A stretch of 64,000 bases of DNA from Hypanus sabinus (lineage: Eukaryota), in assembly GCF_030144855.1 (NCBI RefSeq), contig NW_026781651.1, positions 434,001-498,000 on the forward strand, read 5' to 3'. The notes beneath the pieces are model-generated. The model saw only the letters and a program-made list of their open reading frames with translations, searched no databases and had not been told where the DNA came from. Below are positions 35,201 to 49,190 of the stretch, one piece after another (position 1 is the stretch's first letter; every line of letters begins with the position of its first letter). Both the position numbers and the translations under genes were made by a program.

Positions 35201-38077
35201 ATTTATCTCCATGTACATAGAACTGGGTTCCAGATTTGATTAACTGATTTTCAATCGAAGAGGATAATAACAAACTGTGCTCCATCTGAAGTTCAACTCT
35301 TTCTATATAAAGTTCGTTGCTGGGGGTCACTGAATAAATCTTATCAATTGCTTTAATTTTATCCACTAATGTTGATATTTCAAAATTAGTTCGTTTCCTA
35401 ACTCCAGCAGAGTACGAAATGATCTGTCCACGAATAAATGCTTTAAAAGTGTCCCATAAAGATCCACTAGGGATCTCTGCAGTAGAATCTGTTGAGAAAC
35501 ACAAATCAGTTTGTTGTTTAATAAAATTAAGAAATTCTGAGTCCTGCAATAAAGGTGTTGAACATCCAAGATTTAGCGTTAGAAGTTGAATCCATTCTCT
35601 TAACAGATAGCTTCAAAGGGGCATGGTCAGAAATGGTAATATAATCATATTTACAATCAATAACCGGTACGTAAACGAAGATCAATAAAGAAGTAGTCCA
35701 TTCTTGAATAATTATGATAAACATGAGAAAAGTATGAAAATTCTTTGTCACTGGGGTGTAAAAAACGCCAAATTTCGGAAATTGCAGAATCAATCATAAA
35801 GGAATTAATAGGAAAGGCTGATTTATTCGGAAGAGCTTGGGTGTACTTAGATCTATCTAACGAAGGGTTTAAGCAGCAGTTAAAATCCCCACCCATCATC
35901 AGCATGTACTGATTCAAATTAGGAAAGGATGTAAATAGACACTTAAAAATTCAGGGCAGTCAGTGTTTGGAGCATAAACGTCAACTAAAGCAACTTTTTG
36001 ATTAAAAAGTAAGCTAGTAATAAGCAAACATCTACCTTGTGGGTCCGAAATTGTTTCATAGTGTATAAAGAAGGTTGAAGAATCTATAAAAATGGAAACG
36101 CCTCTTACTTTGGCTTGGGAATTCGAGTGATACAGTTTTTCCTTCCAAAACCTGAAAAAACCGTTCACGATCCATTTCCTCACATGGGTCTCTTGGCCAA
36201 AGACAATATTAGCATTCAGTCGGTGGAATACTTTGAATATTTTTTTCCGTTTGACGGATGATTTAAACAATTAGTATTCCAAGAAACAAAATAAATCATC
36301 TTATCCATATTGCCAATATTTATTACAATTAACACATAAGGTTAAAAAAAATGATCTTATGAATCCGGAAGAGGGAAGTAAGTTCAAGGAGGAACCGGAA
36401 GTTCTGACATTGCAACCATTTTTGTAGTTCCGAGTCAGCCCATGAAATATAACTAAGCGTGAAGCAAGCAAAAAGAAAGATCCCCCTCCCTCCACCCTCA
36501 AAACCCCAGGAAAAAAAAGCCAAAAAGTGGCAAGCAGGCAATCTAATACTAAATTCATCCCCATGTCTCAAGACGGCAACTCAAACACAAAAGTAAAAAA
36601 AAGACACAAACCACCCATATTTTAGGAAAGGGTTAGTATAGCAAAGATTAAACTATAAAATTATAATTTTATATATATAAAAAGGATTTAAACAAAGGGA
36701 AAAATTTAAAACGTTAAAACCCATAAATGAATAATATTGTATTAGTGTTTTAAAAGAAAGTCCTTAAACTCATTCAGACACATCAAAACGTATGTGACGT
36801 ATCCCAGCACTAAGGTCTTTGGGGAAAAGAAACGGCATCTTAGAAAAGTTTTTTATTATAAAAAAACCTTAATATTTAAACGTCAAAAGTATAAAAAGTG
36901 TACATAAACTTCAAAAAAAACCTAATGAGTTACTTTCAGAACTAACAGAATAATAATATTAAAGGAACGAACTCAGGATAAACCAAAAAAAACGCACCTT
37001 TACCGTTGGTAAGAAATACACTGTTAACCATCACGTAAAAAATCATCAAATTATAAAAGATCCAGATCTATATACTAGTTATTACATTAGCCAACCCGTA
37101 GTAAAAAAAAAAGTACTATTCTTTAAGGAATCTTTGAGCATCCGCTGGAGATTTGAACAGCCGATAGGTCCCATCATTGAGGGTAACTCTCAGTTGTACA
37201 GGAAATAACAGCGCTTGCTTGTAGCCGTCCTGATGAATTTCCGACATAACCGATTTAAAAGCCATTCTTGCCCTTAAAACTTCGGAACTATAGTCTTCCA
37301 GAATACGAAATTTGAAATCATTAAAACTGATCATACCCTTTTTCCGGGCAGCCCGAATCAAACGTTCTTTGGTATGAGGGTAATGAATCCGGAGTATCCC
37401 TGGTCGTGGTTTCGTACCTGAAGCTGGTTGAAAACGGGAAATGCGATGCGCACGGTCGATTATTGGAGGGGTATCCAGTACTTCTGAGCCGAACACATCC
37501 ATTAAAAATTTGGAGAAAACTACAGTGAGATCACCGTTCGCAAAATTTTCCCGAAGCCCAATTATCCGGAGATTTTGTCTGCGAGAGCGGTTTTCAAGAT
37601 CAGTGATTTTAGATTTATAACGATCCAGCAGTTGGGAAGTCGAAGCTGGCTGTTATTGCAGAGTTTCAATTTTGCGATCTTTCTGGCGAGCGGCATCTTC
37701 AAGAACTAAAATTCTTGCTTCTTGTTGTTGTGAATCCAGTGTAAGAGATTGAAGCTTTGCATCGACTGTCTTTAAAATTTCATCGAACGTAGAAGGCTTT
37801 GAGGTTAATTTATTCTCCAGTTTTTCAAGTCTCTCGTCCATAAGTTTAGCAATTGCTTCCAGAGTTAACGGTTCTCTCGTCTGTTTCGATTCCTTTTGTT
37901 TAGACATTTCAACGGGTTGAAAATGATTCAAACAGATGAAAAGGATTTTATAAGTTTGAACCCCTTTAGAATAGGTATAAACTGGTCAATTAGGGGGTGC
38001 TTGCAGGTAGAAAAAAGTAAAAGGATTGGAGCGAAGCCTAAAACTGTTTCACTCCATAAGCGCCATCTTGAGACTCC
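32250..38077 (-). mobile_element. L1-clade LINE, near full length, degenerate (unit A); ORF1 ~37116-37907, ORF2 ~32600-36300
   Basis: ORF1 coiled coil plus LENRSRRQNLRIIG and IDRAHR..KPRP; ORF2 APE (QETH, VYAPN, GGDFNC, SRMDYF, SDHAP), KAPGPDG, C-terminal CDRC..LTHMSWSC; 5' AAGATGGCG (YY1-like); AATAAA near the 3' end. Confidence 0.93.
33955..34594 (+). mobile_element. Solo LTR inserted in L1 ORF2, 3' part deleted (unit A)
   Basis: Starts TGTTATG at the same site as 51720; ends abruptly at GTATGAACT, joined to L1 sequence. Confidence 0.8.
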
Positions 38078-39026
38078 TCGAGAATCAGCTTCTCGTGTTG
38101 CATGTTAAAAACCTGAATAACTCAGTTTTCATGGAGTCCCGGCATTTTGGGGATGGGTTTGCTGGGCGTGCTGTGGAGCTTTGGCAATAGTATCGCTTCC
38201 CTGAAATATGAACCATATTCAGATTTAATTAGAAAGTGAATGTGGGTCATCTGTACATGATTTAATAAAATCAATTTGAAAAGGAATAAATCGTGTGCTT
38301 ATTTATTAGTTTTCATAGAAGGTACTCAAATATTTAGGCGTTGATCTCTGACTCCTGTAAGGGCTAATTTCCGTAACAAGGCATATCGCGGGGTAACATC
38401 GAATATAATGTCTACAGGATCGGGAATAGAAGATCGCCTTCTATTGCTGAGGGGTGGCTGGTGAATTGAGGAGGTTCTGGTACAGCTGAGTGGCACTGCC
38501 GATCACGAAATAAGCTAAAATAACACAGGATCTTTTGAAAGGTTATGTAACGCCTTTCCAAAATTTGTATTCTTGTACAAATTATTGAGAAAGAATATTT
38601 TCTATTCTCAATATCTGCTGAAGTTTTTGGAGGCTGTTGTGCAGTATTCGAAATGTTTTTGCCCCTTTTATTCGCTGTTTCGGATGATACCGCTTGACAG
38701 ATCGGAAAATATGGAATAAGGATGTTATTGACCGTAGCTATCTGTTGCTTTATGGAGATCCAATGTCGGATGCAAATCGTCTGGTCTCTTTAACATTGAA
38801 ATGACGCTTGTCCTAATTCAATACTGTGTTCCATCCGGCCCATTCCAAACATTCATACATTCTATTCCTACCTCGAGCTAATTCTTATCAGATACGAATG
38901 AGACACTTTCAGTTGCCAGCATCGGGATGTTTTAAATGATAATTTTTATTTTATTATCAAACTAAAAGCGCGGATCTTCAACAAAACGTTGCCTGTTGTA
39001 AGACGTGTGCGAGCTGGAACTGAGTT

Positions 39027-39681
39027 CTACTCATGGGAGAAAGCCTTAGGTGATCTGACATTTCTCTTGATCAATTTCCGGATAAGCGTCCAAGGAGACA
39101 GTATCAACGTTTTCAACTCAGCCCTGAAGTTAGTTTGTGTCGCTGCATAAATACACGTGTTTGTACAAGAACTCATGTTCGCGAGCAGAGTCCCGGTTTG
39201 AGCAGCGATATATCGGGCAGAGTAATAGTCGCGATCAAAATACATGTTTAGGCTGGCGAAAAAATTGGTCACTGCCAATGGCAGCCAAAATAGTATAAAG
39301 CTGCCCGATATACAGAACAGTAATATGATGCCCTTCTTCCTGTTCTCCATTTCCGGGTCACGTTCAATCTTACTCTTATGGGTTCGGAAGCCACGCCGGG
39401 ATTTGCTGGTCACGAAGATATGCCTGGCAGTCATCCCATTACATAGAAGTATTAAACCAAATGCGCACAGCAGGTTTTGAAAGGTTTTGAATCTGCTGAG
39501 CGCGACGAACATTGGAGAGTTGAAGATGTCCAATTTCGGGCGAATACCCCACGAAATATTTCCAATTATCCGTTGAGGCTGAAATGCAAACAAGAGGGGT
39601 ATATTCTCCAAGCAAAGCCCCGCCAGTGTTACTGCTGCCAGGATTCTGGCTATCTTCACTCTGCAGTATTTTGTTTTAAAC
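39027..39681 (-). pseudogene. 5'-truncated GPR139-like GPCR (ICL2 to C-terminus; TM4-TM7), frame still open
   Basis: KFKTKYCR...RDPEMENRKKGIILLF..SGSFILFWLP...CTNTCIY...; N-terminal half replaced by LINE-tail sequence at the duplication junction; the ORF-track start is GTG, not ATG. Confidence 0.88.
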
Positions 39682-39735
39682 TTTCTAAAGTAAGTACATG
39701 TTTGGGACAGCACCGTGGCCGAAGGGCCTGTGCAC

Positions 39736-40150
39736 TATGCTGTAGGTTCTCTACGTTTCTCTGCTTCTGTGTTCTCAGTTCATCCCATGCAGTCAATACT
39801 CACAGCATCCTTTCCTCCCACTATCATGCTGCTGTATTTACTATGCTGTAGGAACTCTACGTTTCTCTGCTTCTGTGTTCTCAGTTCATCCCATGCAGTC
39901 AATACTCACAGCATCCTTTCCTCCCACTATCATGCTGCTGTGTTTACTATGCTGTAGGTTCTCTATGTTTCTCTGCTTCTGTGTTCTCAGTTCATCCCAT
40001 GCAGTCAATACTCACAGCATCCTTTCCTCCCACTATCATGCTGCAGTATTTACTATGCTGTACGTTCTCTACGTTTCTCTGGTTCTGTGTTCTCAGTTCA
40101 TCCCATGCATTCAATGCTAACAGCATCCTTTCCTCACACTATCACTCTGT
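39736..40150. repeat. 106 bp tandem repeat, 4 copies
   Basis: Unit starts at ~39736, 39842, 39948 and 40054. Confidence 0.9.
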
Positions 40151-43100
40151 TACATTTGCTCCCGAGGCCACTGTCTCTACCCTGAGAGGCGGTGACCGCA
40201 GAGCGATAAAAACATTGTGCAACTCTTCCTGCAGCTATAGTGGGCCGTTACCCTGGAAACGGAGGAAGCAGCTCACCAAAAATAACCGAAAAGGGAAATA
40301 ACAAACCTAACATCGTATGCTATGAGTTTCATTATGACAAAGGTTAACACTGCAGCCATTTTGGAATGAAGAATCTAAAACTGTAAAGTCTGCCTTTAAC
40401 GTTCTGCATTCACTTAATTCTCTAGTAGTCTGGCTAACAAAAATGATCAATAGTTAGCGATCAATAATGTATTAATCTCTGCCAGAAATATACCCAGTGA
40501 CAGCCTCAATCACCATCTGTTGCAACAGACTCCACAGATCGACGACTGTTTGGCTGAAGAAGTTTCTCTCATCTCAGTTTTAAAGGGAAGCTTGCTTATT
40601 CCGAGGCTGTCCTCTCAGACCCCAGACTCGCCGTCTGATGGAAATATCCTCCCCATGTCCACTATATCCTGGCTGTTCAGCATTCTGTAGGTTTAAATAT
40701 GATCCCGTCCTCCTCTCTACTTCTGAACTCCTTAGAGTACAGGCCCAGAGTCATCAAATGCTTGTCCGATATAAACGCTCTCATTCCTGAGATTACTCTT
40801 GTGATCCACGTGAGCAACAGTTCTACTGAACACATTTCCAGGAATTACAGGGAATGTGGTACCAGGACAATATACAGGGGAAAAGTTGCGGTTTCTTCAC
40901 TGTTCCACCAAGTATCAGCAAACATGCGCTTGTGCATACGTCCATTTCCAGAGGAACAAGCTTAGTGATTTGGGTTCATAATCGTTCATCAGAATGGCTT
41001 CAAATATTTTCCATTTTTGGTGGAGGTTTCCAGCATCCTGAGATTCCGCCGAATTTCCATCGATTGACAGACAGGTGACAGTGGCGGGGGACGGGGAGGA
41101 ATTTCCAAACACAGATTGAACACCAAACTCACGGGTCTATTTCTACTGTTGCAAACACGGAACAGTCCATTCCCACAGTTTCTAACTGTAAGGGATGGGA
41201 TGGTAACATATCCTCTCCTCGGAAAAATAGTCATTACTTCCAAAGGAATTCCAGAAACAAACATCTGAACCCAGGACAGAAATTCTCGTTCAACACCTCA
41301 TAAACCTGGGCAGGTTGAACCCCGGGTCGATTGTAGTTGGATCTAAAACTGTGTTATCTCAGGACCCAACCTCACAGTGTCACACTGCTGAATCTGACAC
41401 TCACCGACCCCCGAATCCTCAGACATCGTCCCCACATCTCACAGCGAGTGGTGTAATCAGAAATCTCCCCACAACCAATGCCCAGCACCCCAAGCCTTTT
41501 GATTCACTGTGAAGGGAGGAACATCCAGCCCTCATCTGTGAAGTACTGACCTGGGCCAAATCCCCGATACTGACAGGTCTAAATGCCGAGTGTTTCCCAG
41601 GATTACAGCTCAGTCAGGACTCCTTGTTGCTAGTAATATGCTGCAGTGTCCCGGCCATTTAGAGTTCAAATACCAACACTCCGACATCAACCTGTGGCAG
41701 AACGGGAACCTGATGAACCTCTGACTGGGCCAGATAGCGGGCTGGAAAACCTGGGCGCGGGGCACCAGCAGGCGGGTATAATGTTTCACATTGTCTCCAC
41801 CAGCTAAACTGAACACATTTTATCATTATCCTATTGTTAAATGAGATCTTGCCCAGCACAATTGACCACCACATTTCCTGAGTCTAACAGGAATAAAACG
41901 CGTTTAAAAATAAAATTGAAAGTAAAGTGCTGGAAACTCGGTACACCAGATTGGATGTGTGTAAAGAGAAACTGTGGAAGACCCAGTATCAGAACTGGGA
42001 AGGTCCAAGATGCTGCCAGATCCGCTGAACGTTTCCAGCATTTTCTCTTTTTTTTTACTTTAAATGATGCACAACTATTAACTGATAACAAGTTATTTAT
42101 AACGGCCTGAACAAAGTAGCGCAAATGTAATACATTAGATTTCTCTTCAATCCAATACCGGGAGAATGCAGTTAATACACACAACTTCCTCCCCACCCCA
42201 CCATCAATCTGCTATCTCTGCTGCCCAGCCTCCTTCCGACAAAGACTAACACGGCGGACATTTGGCAACGTTGAAGCTAAAGTCGGAATGGCTGTCTTTA
42301 CCCTACCTGGTGCTGTATTCAATAAATCTTCTCCTAGTTCCAGGTAACAAACGCATATTTCAGAATGAGTGAGCCTCAGAGTGAGGGAAAATACGTCACA
42401 ACGAAGACAACGGTAGCAGAGAGGCTGTTAACAGATAATCATTGGTGGGATACCGGCTGGACAGAGCTTGGACAAGATGGTTGATATAAATCATTGAGGT
42501 GATGGGATACAGACTGGACAGAGGTTGGACAAGATGGTTGATATAAATCATTGAGGTGATAGATATCTTTGATTTGGTGGGATACAGGTTGTACAGCGAA
42601 TTTCCCAGATGGGGAGGAAATCCTAGTTTTGTGCTGAGGTACCGTTTCCCAGGTGGTAGCAGCTTCTCTGTAGGTTGCTTTATTGTTATTTGACATTAGG
42701 CCAATCAGTCTACTATCGTCGGCAAATCTGATCAGCTGCTTAGAGCTGTGGGTGGCGACACAATCATGGGTATACAGAGAGTAAATGAGGGGGCCAAGGA
42801 GACAACCCTGTGGGTTATGTGTGCTGAAGGTCAGAGAGACAGAGGTGAGAGAGCCCACTCATACCACCTGCCAGCGATCTGACGGGAAGTCCAGGATTCA
42901 GCTACACAAGGCAGGGTGAAGGCCGAGGTCTTTGAGCTTTTTGTCGATACTTCACGCCTTCGTATGGCTACTGCTCTGCCCATGACTGCAAGGAACGGCA
43001 GAGAACATCAGAGAAACAAGCCTGGACTCTTCCTAAATTTCCCCCTGAATCTGAAAAGCAGACCGTGCACTCAGAGATACCCGCAACCCGGGATATTATT

Positions 43101-45619
43101 GCTGCAAACCAACGGACGGTTTCCTGTGATTATAAGCCAAAAGAGCAATAAAATGGACTGGAAATCACAATGTAACTCGACGTGCCCCTGCACCATATGT
43201 CTATCTGCACTGCACTTGCTCTGCAGTCATAATGCGTTGTTACAGTTAATGTTTGGTCATATATCAGCTCAATGTACTGTTGTAATGTATCGATCTGTGT
43301 GGATGGTACGTCAGCAAGATTTTCACTGTATCTCAGTACGTCATTAGAATAAACAAATTCCCCATTTTAATTGTGTGGAAATATTAGACAGACTGACCTT
43401 CTGCTTCGGAAATTCAGAGGGAAACTTAACTGAACTGTTTGCATTTCTGAAGAACACAAATAATTAGAAAATGTTTCAACCTTGCATTACGATCTGCTGT
43501 AAACGAGATCAGGTGACGGGTGGCGGGTCTCCCGTCTGAACCGGTGACTCTGCTCCTCGCCCCCTACACGCTGCCCGACCCATCCGCCGCATTACCCACA
43601 TTATTCCATATTGACACCAGATACGTGTTTAGTTTTTCCCGCCTTACCTTTCAAGTCCCTTTCCCTCCACCTTCAGGTCACAGTTTCACGCGCTCCGTTC
43701 CGATTCCGGTCCGAAGCAGTTTTCAGACCCAAACCGGAAATTTCCAGCTTTCATTTAAAACAGTCCATGTTTATAAACACTAATTTCTATTCACATCTCT
43801 GCGGCCTCGCTGGACAGCAACACTAAAACATCTGTGAGAAACTGCAGGAGGTGGGCATTCAGCCCCTCTAACCATCAACAAGATGGCCCTTCTTCTCCCA
43901 TCTCAGCCACATGTTTCTGTCCGATCCTTATTTTCTCGATCCCTTCGGTCTCCATACATCTGCCGGCCGCAGTTTTATGTGAGGACGATCACCGAGTCTT
44001 CACCGCCATCTGTGGAGGGGATTTTCAGATATTCACCACCCTCGGAGTGGAGACATTTCCCCTCATCGCAGTCCCGGACATTCCACCCACTTTTTCAGAG
44101 ACTGGGATCCCTGGTTCAACCGGTAATGATGTTGTGCATTTCAATGTGTTCACCTCTCAGTCCTCGATTCTCCAAATCACATTAGGTTATCACATTTGAT
44201 CTTTCTTCATATGATGACCCCACCACTCCAGGGATCAGTCTGGTGAATCTTCATTGCACTCTCTATAACAAATACTCTCTAACCTCTCTTGATCCTCTAT
44301 GGAATTAATTTCCATCTTCTGCAGCCCCGAGTAGCCCCAACCACTCTCCGCCCACCCCTCCCTGTCACTATTTCCACCTTCCCACCTTCCCCCTTTACCT
44401 GGATCCACCTCTCACACCCCAGCTCTTGCCCCATCCCCACCCCTCACCACTTTTCTCTGACTATTTCCCGTCCACTCTCAGTCCAGGGGGAGGGTCTCGG
44501 CCCGAAATTTTGACGGTCCATTTCGCTCCACAGAGTTCCTCCGGCAGTTTGTGCTTTGTTCTATATAAACCTTGTGTTAGTGTGGGGAGCGGGATTTTAC
44601 ACCATATTCCTGGTACAATCTCAAGAAAGTACAAATAATTGTCGCTTTGCCTGAACCATTGGCCCCGCTTGCAGATCAATTCAATTCAATTCCTCTGTTG
44701 ACTGCTGGGGGGTGGGGAGCAGGGAGGGGGTCTTTGGCAAGTGATTAGTAGTTCAGCCGTTAAACCGAAAAAGCTGTAGCACAGCAGTGCGTGTGTGATG
44801 TAAGGCACGGTGCTCGTGACAGCAGATGCAGATACTGTGAGATCATGCGTGACATCTGGCGCGTGGGGGGGGGGGGGTGGCTGCTCTGTGACGTCACGTG
44901 AAGGGGAGCGCTTCTATTTAAAAACACCTTTCGTTTCGTACGATTTGGTACAGTAAAACTTAATTAGGGTTTCATGTCTGAATCCCCTGTTGTGTGATGT
45001 GAAGTCCTTTCTATTTGTCTGGCTATTCGTGGAGGGTGGGCAGCGTGGTGTTTGTCTCGAGTTGAGTCACAAATCCACAAATGTTTCTGGGCAACGCACA
45101 AAATTTTGGAGGAACACAGCGGTCCTGCTGAAGGGTCTCCGCCCGAAACGTCCACTGTATATCTTCCGTAGATGCTGCCCGGCCTGCTGAGTTCCTCCAG
45201 CATTTGTGTGCGTTCCTTGGATTTCCAGCATCTGCAGTTTTTCTCTTGTGTGTGAAATGTTTCAGGGGAGGACTTTCGGGACTGATCCGGTTTGGGATGG
45301 CTTCAGTCAGTGCAGTGTCTTGGTGTCTAGTACTTTAATAAACAACTGTTTTTTTCTTTTTTAAAAAAAAAAATAATACGAATCAGAATTTCCAGCGGGG
45401 TCCACACACAGTGTATTAGTCAACAGAAGTCCTCTATTCCCTGCAGTCTTTATCTCCTGGTAAACTCAACACCCTGACAGCGTGGACCACAGATACCCCT
45501 TCCTCAGAGTCAGGGAATCATTCTGACAACTGATCGCTGAGAGGAATTATATTTGTTGGTCATTAAATTTCGCTCGGACATGGAATGGATATGGTGTTCA
45601 GGGTGTCCCAGTGAAAGAG

Positions 45620-45790
45620 CCGGACGGCTGAGCTCTCTGCGCTGTGGGAACATCGAGCCTCGGAGATGCGCAGGCGCGCTGCCGACACCAAGTATTGCCC
45701 CCTGTTGTACCGTCCGGGCGGCGCTGAGAAAGGAGCTATTACCGGGTTTGTGTAAATCGGGGGCCGATTGCGGTGTGAGGGGCCGGGAAT
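45620..45790 (+). promoter_or_regulatory. CpG-rich promoter/non-coding first-exon-like module, unit B
   Basis: Appears identical to 27725-27895. Confidence 0.45.
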
Positions 45791-47450
45791 GTGCTCTGCT
45801 CTGTGCCTGTCCCGCTGCCCCGGTTTTAGCATTGCGATGGAGACCGGGCTGTGGGATCAGTTAGTTGTGGATCCCCAAGGGGTTTGGGGTAAAGGGGATC
45901 TGTCTGTGTGTCGGTAGAGGTTATGGGTGGACGTGTGTGAGTGGGGTGAGTAGTTGGAATGGTGTGTCGTCGTAGGCGGGTTGGGGTCTGTTGGGTGAAG
46001 GTGGGATGATAGGAAACTTCGTGACAAACTAAGTTGTAAACAAGGGAGGATCTGGTGAATTGGGTCAGCCAGCTCAGCTCGCGGGTCCTTCCAGGAAACA
46101 TCAATACTCTCTTCATATTAATTACAGGTACCGTCCAACCTTGCTATTAAGATTGTGTTTGTTCCTGAGCCTCAGAGTCTGGGAACAGCTGGCACCGTCA
46201 TGAACAGCGAGTGCAGATTGGAAATGGGGTCACTGACCTCTGCATCAAATAATGACAGCCTCCTCTGAGATATCAATGTCCTTAGAGTGGATTCAGATCT
46301 GGTGGCATATCGGGAGACTGAAAGGGAAAGGGAGTAGGCAAAGGGCTAAAGAGAGAGTTTTAATAGGGGAACATGTTTAGGGGTAAAGGGGTACAGAAGC
46401 TGTCTGATAGATTGTTTTAATTCCTTTATATAATCTCACAGACGGTGACTGAGGAAGAAGCTTGTTGACGGAGGATGCCCGGAGGTGAGCAGGTCAGAAA
46501 CAGAATCAGAAATTGAATTGAATGGAGTTCAGTTATTACATCCTTCTCATACATGAGAAGTAAAAATCATCTAAATGTGAAATGTGCAAATATAGTAATT
46601 TATAATAGCTTAAAACAAATATAATTGTCAATGTAATCTAGAGTGTTCTCAAATCAGCGTGAGTTCATCAGTCTCATGTCCCAGTGGAAGAAACTGTCCC
46701 AGAGCCTGTAGGTCCTGGCTTTTATGCTTCCCGGATGCAGCAACCCGGGTTTAGGCAGTCGTCTCAAGTGAGGAGTTGGTCTGCAGCAACACAAACTAAA
46801 TGCTGGTAGAACGCAGGCAGCATCGATAGGAAGAAGTACAGTCGACGTTTCGGGCTTCGTCAGGTTCAGCATGGTAATATTCTGTGGAAAGGTAGATAAC
46901 GCGGCATCCAGGGAGAGCTGGCTAACTGGATGCACAGTTGTCTTGATAGCAGGAAGCAGGGAGTGATGGTGGGAGGCTGTTTATTGGACTCGAGGCCCGT
47001 ATCTAGTGGTATTCCCCGGGGTTACACTCATTGATCTCTTTATTTATTGCTAATTAATTATATTTGCATTGTTGCAGTTTGTTGTCTTCTGTGCTCTACT
47101 TGATGTTTCATTGATCCTTGTACAGTTACTATTCTATAGATCTGCTGAGTCTGCCCGCATGAAGAAGAATTTCAGGGTTGTATGTGGTGAAATGTATGTA
47201 CTCTGAAAATGAAATTGACTTTGCACACTGCAACTTGTCATCTCTACCAATAATTTGGTTGAGAGTGCACAGGCAATGGATAGTGAATTTGCAGCAAGTA
47301 ACTTCAAACAATTACTGTTTTTGAAAGATAATCAGTATAAACACTCCCCTCCATTTCTCGCTCCTCACGACCACACCCTCCCCTTAATGTCTTCCCTCTC
47401 TGCCCCGTCTTCTCTCTCAACCCCGCAATGGGCAGACGTTCAGGGTGAAA

Positions 47451-49190
47451 GAAACATAGAAAACCTACAGCACAATGCTGGCCCTTCGGCCCGCAAATAT
47501 GTGCCGAACATGTCCCTACCTTAGAAATTACTAGGCTAATAGCCCTCTATTTTCCAAAGCTCCATGTACCTATCCAAATGTCTCTTAAAAGACTCTATCG
47601 TATCTGCTGCCGCCACCGTTGTCGGCAGCCCATTCCATGCACTCACCACTCTCTGAGTAAAAAACATAACCCTGACACCTCCTCTGTACCTATGACACAA
47701 CGCCTTAAATCCGTGTCCTCTTGTGGCAACCATTTCAGCCCTGGGAAAAAGCCTCTGACTATCCACACGATCAATGCCTCTCAACATCTCTTTCAGGTCA
47801 CCTCTCATGCCTCCATCGCTCCAAGGAGTAAAGGCGGAGTTCACACAACCTATTGGCATAAGGCATGCTCCCTAATCCAGGCAACATCATTGTAAATCTC
47901 CTCTGCACCCGTTCTATGGCTTCCACATCCTTCCTGTAGTGAGGTGACCAGAACTGAGCACTGTACTCCAAGTGGGGTCTGACCAGGGTCCTATATAGCT
48001 GAAACATTTCCTCTCGGCACGTAAATTCAATTCCAGTATTTATGAAGGCCAATACACCGTACGCCTTCTTAACCACAGAGTCAACCTGCGCAGCGGTTTT
48101 GAGTGTCCTATGGACTCGGATTCGAAGATCCCTCTGATTCTCCGCACTGCCCAGATTCTGACAATTAATATTATACTCAGTCATTTTATTTGACCTACCA
48201 AAATGAACCACGTCGCACTTATCTGGGTTGAACTCCATCTGTCACTTCTCAACCCAGTTTTGCATCCTATCATCGTCCCGCTGTATCCTCTGACAGCCCT
48301 CCACACTATCCACAACACCCCCAACCATTGTGTCATCAGCAAGTTTACGAACTCACCCCTCCACTTCTTCATTCAGGTCATTTACAAAAGTCACGAAGAG
48401 TAAGGGCCCCAGAACAGATCCCTGAGGCACTCCGGTGCTGACCGTCCTCCATGCAGAATATGACCCGTCTACAACCACTCTTTGCCTTCGGCGGGCAAGC
48501 CACGTCTGGACCCACAAAGCAATGTCCCCTGGATCCCATGCCTCCTTACTTTCTCAATAAGCTTTGCATGGGGTACCTTATCAAATGCCTTGCTAAAATC
48601 CATATACACTACATCTACTGCTGTTCCTTCATCAACGTGTTTATTCACATCCTCAGAAGATTCAATCAGGCTAGTAAGGCACGACCTGCCCTTGACAAAG
48701 CCATGCTGACTATTAGTAATCATATTATACCTCTCCAAATGTTCATAATTCGTCCCCTCCAAGGATCTTCTCCATCAAATTACCAAATAATGAGATAAGA
48801 CTCAATGGTCTATAATTTCCTGGGCTTCCTCTACTCTCTTTCTTGAATAAAGGAACAACACCCGCAACTCTCCATTGATCTGGAACCTCTTCCGTCTCCA
48901 TGGATGATGCAAAGATCATCGCCAGAGGCTCAGTAATCTCTCCCCTCACCTCCCACAGAAGACTGGGGTACCTCTCATCCGGTCCCAGGAACGTATCTAA
49001 CTCGATGTTTTCCAAAAGCCGCAGCACATCCTGTTTCTTAAAATCTACATGCTCAAGCTTTTCAGTCTGGTGCAAATCATCACTACAAACACCAAGATCC
49101 TTTTCCTTAGTGAATACTGAAGTAAAGTATTCATTAAGGACCTATGCTATTTCCTCCGGTTCCATACATACTTCCCCACTGTCACACTTG
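47451..49190 (-). mobile_element. CR1/HER1-type LINE RT half (unit B)
   Basis: Paralogue of 29690-31432 with the same RT motifs. Confidence 0.95.

Larger units (their letters stand above)
22289..39681. repeat. Tandem segmental duplication, unit A (17.4 kb)
   Basis: Colinear with 39682-58219 throughout (paired ORFs, e.g. 25004/42916, 27658/45553, 31759/49517, 35064/53543); starts TTTCTAAAGTAAGTACATG. Confidence 0.95.

Noticed and set aside
39682-39713. Novel chimeric 228-aa GPCR, or rescue by a cryptic acceptor (tacttactttag) at the junction
   Set aside because: The ORF start is GTG in LINE-tail sequence; the cryptic AG gives phase 2 whereas the family exon 1 donor is phase 1, so splicing would be out of frame; TM1-TM3 are missing
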